Source: an uncultured Gemmatimonadota bacterium (GTDB lineage: Bacteria; SM23-81; DAOVCL01). Taken from it: 64,000 nt of DNA. A program made the position numbers and the translations under genes. Shown here in pieces: positions 60,516-64,000 of the stretch. Below the pieces are notes generated by a model, which was not told the origin of the DNA, searched no databases, and saw nothing but the letters and a program-made list of their open reading frames with translations. The stretch covers positions 1 through 64,000 of the forward strand of contig CAZVGK010000009.1 of NCBI GenBank assembly GCA_964626665.1. Direction: 5' to 3'. The first letter of the stretch is position 1. The number at the start of each line of letters is the position of its first letter.

Positions 60516-62277
60516 GGGTTTACTTCTCCTTGGCCTCTGGGGCTTCTTCGTGACCTCCTCCTGGAGTGGGGAGTCCTCCCAGGAGAGGTTTAACCAGGCA
60601 GTGACCTTGTTTCGGGAGGGGAGGTATCAGGATGCCCTGGATAACTCCCTCCTTTTCTCCCAGGATTACCCTCAGTCTGAGTTCTCTTCGGCCGCCAATC
60701 TGCTGGTGGCCAAATGCTACTATCATCTGGAGCGCTTGCCGCAGGCCATTGCCGCCGGTCAGAGGTTTCTCCAGGAGTATCCCTCCAGTTCTTATTTGAG
60801 CAATGTCCATTTTCTCTTGGGAAACTGTAACTATCTCTTGGGCGATGAAAGGGAGGCGGCCCGCCAATATTTGGCGAGCTTGGAGTTGACCAAGGACAAG
60901 AGGTTACAAGCACTTGCCCAAAAATCCCTCTCCCTACTTCTCTCGGAGGGACTCTCCTTGGAAGATCTTAATTGGTTGAAGGGTAAGGTTAAGCCAGGGA
61001 GAGGGACGGTTATCTTTTTTCTGGGCAAGAGGAGGTTCCAGGTAGGAAACTTTTATGGGGCTGCTCAGATTTTAGAGGAGTATATAAAGGAATTCCCTCA
61101 GGGCCCTTATGTTAAACAGGCGCGTCGTTTACGGGATGAGGCCAAGGAGAAGTTAAAGAGAGTTGTCTATTTGGGGGTGCTCACCCCACTTAGCGGGGAG
61201 TATAAACGCTGGGGGGAGAGCCTGTTACAGGGAATAGAGTTGGCTCAGGAGGAGGCCCATCAGGATGGGGGTTGGATGGTCCAATTAAAGGTAGAGGATA
61301 CAGCGGGTGATCCGGTTAAGGCGGTGCAGGGAGCCCAAACCCTGGCCCAGGGGGGGTGTGTGGCCATCCTGGGACCACTTCTCTCCGGAACGGCAGTGGG
61401 GGCGGCCGCCGTCTCTCAGCTTTTAGGGGTTCCCCTGCTTACCCCTACCGCCTCTCAGAGGGGGTTAGCCTCCTTGGGGAAGTGGATATTTCAGGGGAGT
61501 GTGGGGGCAGAGTGGCAGGGGAGGATGCTGGCTGACTATGCAACCAGGGAACTGGGCCTGAGCAAATTTGCCCTTATTGCCCCCTTGACCTCTTGGGGAA
61601 AAGGAATAAGCGAAAGCTTTATCCAAGGGGTAAGGGAAAATGGGGGGAGTATTTTGGCCCAAAGCTGGTATGAGGAAGGAAGCACCGATTTCAGAGATCA
61701 GTTTAGGTTTATCAGAAAGCTCCTTTTGGCGGAGGTCGACTCGGGGCAAATAGCAGAGGATACCACTAACCTAAGTTTCTACACTCCCCAGGGGAAGCTG
61801 AAACCGCCGGAGGAATGGATACTTAACTTGGATGGCCTATTCATTTCTGCGGATCCTCAGGAAGCGGCTATGATTGCCCCTCAGGTGGCCTTTTATGGCC
61901 TGCGCACCCAGATCTTAGGGGATGGAGGTTGGGGGTCAGAGGAGGTGCGAAGGATTGGGGGGAATTATGCAGAGGGGGCCATTTTGGTCAGCGACTTCTA
62001 TCCTTGGGGGAGGAGTTGGGAGGATTTCCGCTCTCGTTTTGCGGAGAGATTTGGGGTGAAGCCAGACCGGGTGGCAACCCTCTCCTATGATATGGCCTCT
62101 TTGGTCTTGAAAGGTTTGCAGGATGGGGTCAGGGATAGGGACAAATTAAGGAAAAGGCTTTTGGCGGTGAATGATTATCAGGGGGTGGGGGGAAAGATAA
62201 CCCTGTGGGCCGATGGGGAGAATAGCGAGTTGATTATCCTTAGGATAAAGGATGGTAAGATGGTGAGGTTGAAGTGA
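60481..62277 (+). CDS. TPR-repeat plus periplasmic-binding-domain protein (LpoA/LivJ-like)
   Basis: Signal peptide; YPxS TPR repeats; LGVLTPLSG..G..LA; ILGPLLS; YQGVGGKI. Confidence 0.8.
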   Translation: MKIWPGNTKLFRGLLLLGLWGFFVTSSWSGESSQERFNQAVTLFREGRYQDALDNSLLFSQDYPQSEFSSAANLLVAKCYYHLERLPQAIAAGQRFLQEYPSSSYLSNVHFLLGNCNYLLGDEREAARQYLASLELTKDKRLQALAQKSLSLLLSEGLSLEDLNWLKGKVKPGRGTVIFFLGKRRFQVGNFYGAAQILEEYIKEFPQGPYVKQARRLRDEAKEKLKRVVYLGVLTPLSGEYKRWGESLLQGIELAQEEAHQDGGWMVQLKVEDTAGDPVKAVQGAQTLAQGGCVAILGPLLSGTAVGAAAVSQLLGVPLLTPTASQRGLASLGKWIFQGSVGAEWQGRMLADYATRELGLSKFALIAPLTSWGKGISESFIQGVRENGGSILAQSWYEEGSTDFRDQFRFIRKLLLAEVDSGQIAEDTTNLSFYTPQGKLKPPEEWILNLDGLFISADPQEAAMIAPQVAFYGLRTQILGDGGWGSEEVRRIGGNYAEGAILVSDFYPWGRSWEDFRSRFAERFGVKPDRVATLSYDMASLVLKGLQDGVRDRDKLRKRLLAVNDYQGVGGKITLWADGENSELIILRIKDGKMVRLK

Positions 62278-62489
62278 TGGGAGGTATCGACGACGATGTA
62301 GCCCTGAAGATAGTGATGGGGGAGAAGGAGAAGGAGGTGAGCTATCGGGAGCTCTGTCTCTCCAACAACCTCTCTCAGGAGGCATTGGTTAGCCTTCTGG
62401 TCAAGAAGAAGTTGATTGAGCCCAAGGAGCTCCTGGAGGAGATAAAAAGGGTGAAGGAGGAGAGGTACAGACCCCGTTCAGATGGGTAA
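62277..62489 (+). CDS. Small hypothetical protein
   Basis: Overlaps both neighbours; EALVSLLVKKKLI..ELLEEI helix. Confidence 0.7.
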   Translation: MGGIDDDVALKIVMGEKEKEVSYRELCLSNNLSQEALVSLLVKKKLIEPKELLEEIKRVKEERYRPRSDG

Positions 62490-62916
62490 TGGTTCTTCCT
62501 TTGATGGCTCTCTTAGCTGGAGGGTGCATCCCCTGCGCCGGGATTGGCGGGTATCTCTTGGGGTGGCCGCTTTTCTTTTCCTCATCTGGTGGGGTGTCTG
62601 GCTGTGGACCGGGAGCAAACCCCTTACCTTTCTCTCGGTGATCATTATGCTGGTCTCCCTCTCCTCCTTCTTCTTCCCGGTAACTTTCAGCCTGGATGAG
62701 GAATTCATCACGGTGAAATCACCATTTACCACCAAGAGGAAGAAGTGGGGGGAATTTAGGAGCTTTTGGGTGGACAAAAACGGTGTTCTTTTAAGCCCCT
62801 TTGCCCAGAGGTCAAGGTTAGAGTCATTTCGGGGGCTATATATCAGATTTTCCGCGAACAGCGATGAGGTGGTGGAATTTATCCGCCGGAGGTGGCAGGA
62901 GAATGAGCTGGTTTAG
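62482..62916 (+). CDS. Hypothetical membrane protein (2 TM plus soluble domain)
   Basis: Two hydrophobic segments; overlaps neighbours in an operon. Confidence 0.75.
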   Translation: MGNGSSFDGSLSWRVHPLRRDWRVSLGVAAFLFLIWWGVWLWTGSKPLTFLSVIIMLVSLSSFFFPVTFSLDEEFITVKSPFTTKRKKWGEFRSFWVDKNGVLLSPFAQRSRLESFRGLYIRFSANSDEVVEFIRRRWQENELV

Positions 62917-63226
62917 GAAAGCCTTTGCAGTAGAGAAGGGAAACTCTACCTTGACCCCTAAGCAGGAGGAGATCTTAGAGAAACTGGCCAAGAAGGTGGC
63001 CAGATGGCAGATGGGTGTTCCGGCCATAATGTTCTTGGAGACGATAAAGCCCCTGAGCTTTATTGGCAGTCAGGTTCTGGTCTTCCTGGATCCAATAGTT
63101 AAGTCCGTCTTTAACTCCTCCGATTATGACGAGTATACCAAACTAATGGAGGATAGGAAAAATGTGGAGCTTCTCATTCGCAAGATAGAGGATGTAAGTT
63201 CCCCATCCACAGAGAAGGGAGAGTAG
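62903..63226 (+). CDS. Hypothetical protein
   Basis: AGGAG RBS before ATG 62903; PAIMFLETIKPLSFIGSQ. Confidence 0.75.
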   Translation: MSWFRKAFAVEKGNSTLTPKQEEILEKLAKKVARWQMGVPAIMFLETIKPLSFIGSQVLVFLDPIVKSVFNSSDYDEYTKLMEDRKNVELLIRKIEDVSSPSTEKGE

Positions 63227-64000
63227 ATGAAGAAGAAGCCAGAGGGGATAAAGGTCATTTTGGCCACGGACTGTGGTAGCACAACGACCAAGGCTATACT
63301 CATAGAGAAGAAGGGAGAAGAATATAGGCTAATTGTCAGGGGGGAGGCTCCCACAACCGTAGAGGCTCCCTTTGAGGACGTGACTATGGGGGTCCTCAAT
63401 GCGGTAGCTGAGGTGGAGGAGCTATCCGGGAGGAGGCTGCTTACCCCCGAGGGAAAGATAATCTCCCCAGCCAAAGCCAAGGAGGGAGCCGATATCTATA
63501 TCTCCACCTCCAGCGCCGGAGGGGGGCTGCAGATGATGGTGGCTGGGGTGGTGAGGAGTATGACCGCGGAGAGCGCCGAAAGAGCCGCCCTGGGAGCAGG
63601 GGCCATTGTTATGGATGTGATCGCCACCAATGATAAGAGGCTTCCCCATCAACAGATAGAGAGGATAAGACAGCTTAGGCCCGATATGATTCTCCTCTCC
63701 GGAGGTATAGATGGAGGGACAACCACCCATGTGGCCCAGTTAGCTGAGCTTATCTCCGCGGCAGATCCCAAACCCAGGTTGGGAATAGGCTATAAGCTTC
63801 CGGTGATCTATGCCGGCAATGTGGATGCGCGGGATGCGGTGCAGGGTCCCTTGGGGGATAAGACAGATCTGGTGATTGTGGATAACATCAGGCCCGTTTT
63901 GGAGCGGGAGAACCTAAAGCCGGCCAGGGACAAGATCCATGACCTTTTTATGGAACATGTTATGGCCCAGGCCCCGGGTTACAAGACCCTAATGGTCTGG
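63227..64000 (+). CDS. Glutamate mutase L (GlmL)-like ASKHA ATPase, 3'-truncated
   Basis: Missing from the ORF track because there is no stop in the window; ATDCGSTTTKA, APTTVE, TSSAGGGL, LSGGIDGG. Confidence 0.82.
   Translation, partial: MKKKPEGIKVILATDCGSTTTKAILIEKKGEEYRLIVRGEAPTTVEAPFEDVTMGVLNAVAEVEELSGRRLLTPEGKIISPAKAKEGADIYISTSSAGGGLQMMVAGVVRSMTAESAERAALGAGAIVMDVIATNDKRLPHQQIERIRQLRPDMILLSGGIDGGTTTHVAQLAELISAADPKPRLGIGYKLPVIYAGNVDARDAVQGPLGDKTDLVIVDNIRPVLERENLKPARDKIHDLFMEHVMAQAPGYKTLMVW

Overview
Bacterial DNA, almost entirely + strand; the protein families suggest an uncultured FCB-related lineage such as Zixibacteria, TA06 or KSB1 (inference). Positions 1-52.2 kb are an uninterrupted island of large secreted proteins: two giant Ig/cadherin-like repeat proteins, five peptidases (two C25, two C1A, one M14), beta-propeller proteins, and several proteins built from cohesin-like and dockerin-like modules. 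Twelve intact genes and one decayed remnant end in a T9SS-type/FlgD-like C-terminal sorting domain (CTD). The modular make-up suggests a cellulosome-like but proteolytic surface complex. A tandem pair of DUF1670-like genes sits inside the island. Positions 52.9-64 kb hold a probable selenoprotein missed by the ORF track (UshA-like, in-frame TGA in an SGU motif), then housekeeping genes: DUF763, suhB, MBL hydrolase, Mth938-like, M50 protease, trxA, bifunctional nuclease, an interrupted gamma-carbonic anhydrase, a TPR/LpoA-like protein and a partial GlmL-like gene. Intergenic DNA is rich in nested REP/MITE-like palindromes and includes a GxxExxY remnant and a candidate ~200-nt structured RNA. 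All domain calls come from motifs read by eye; no searches were run.
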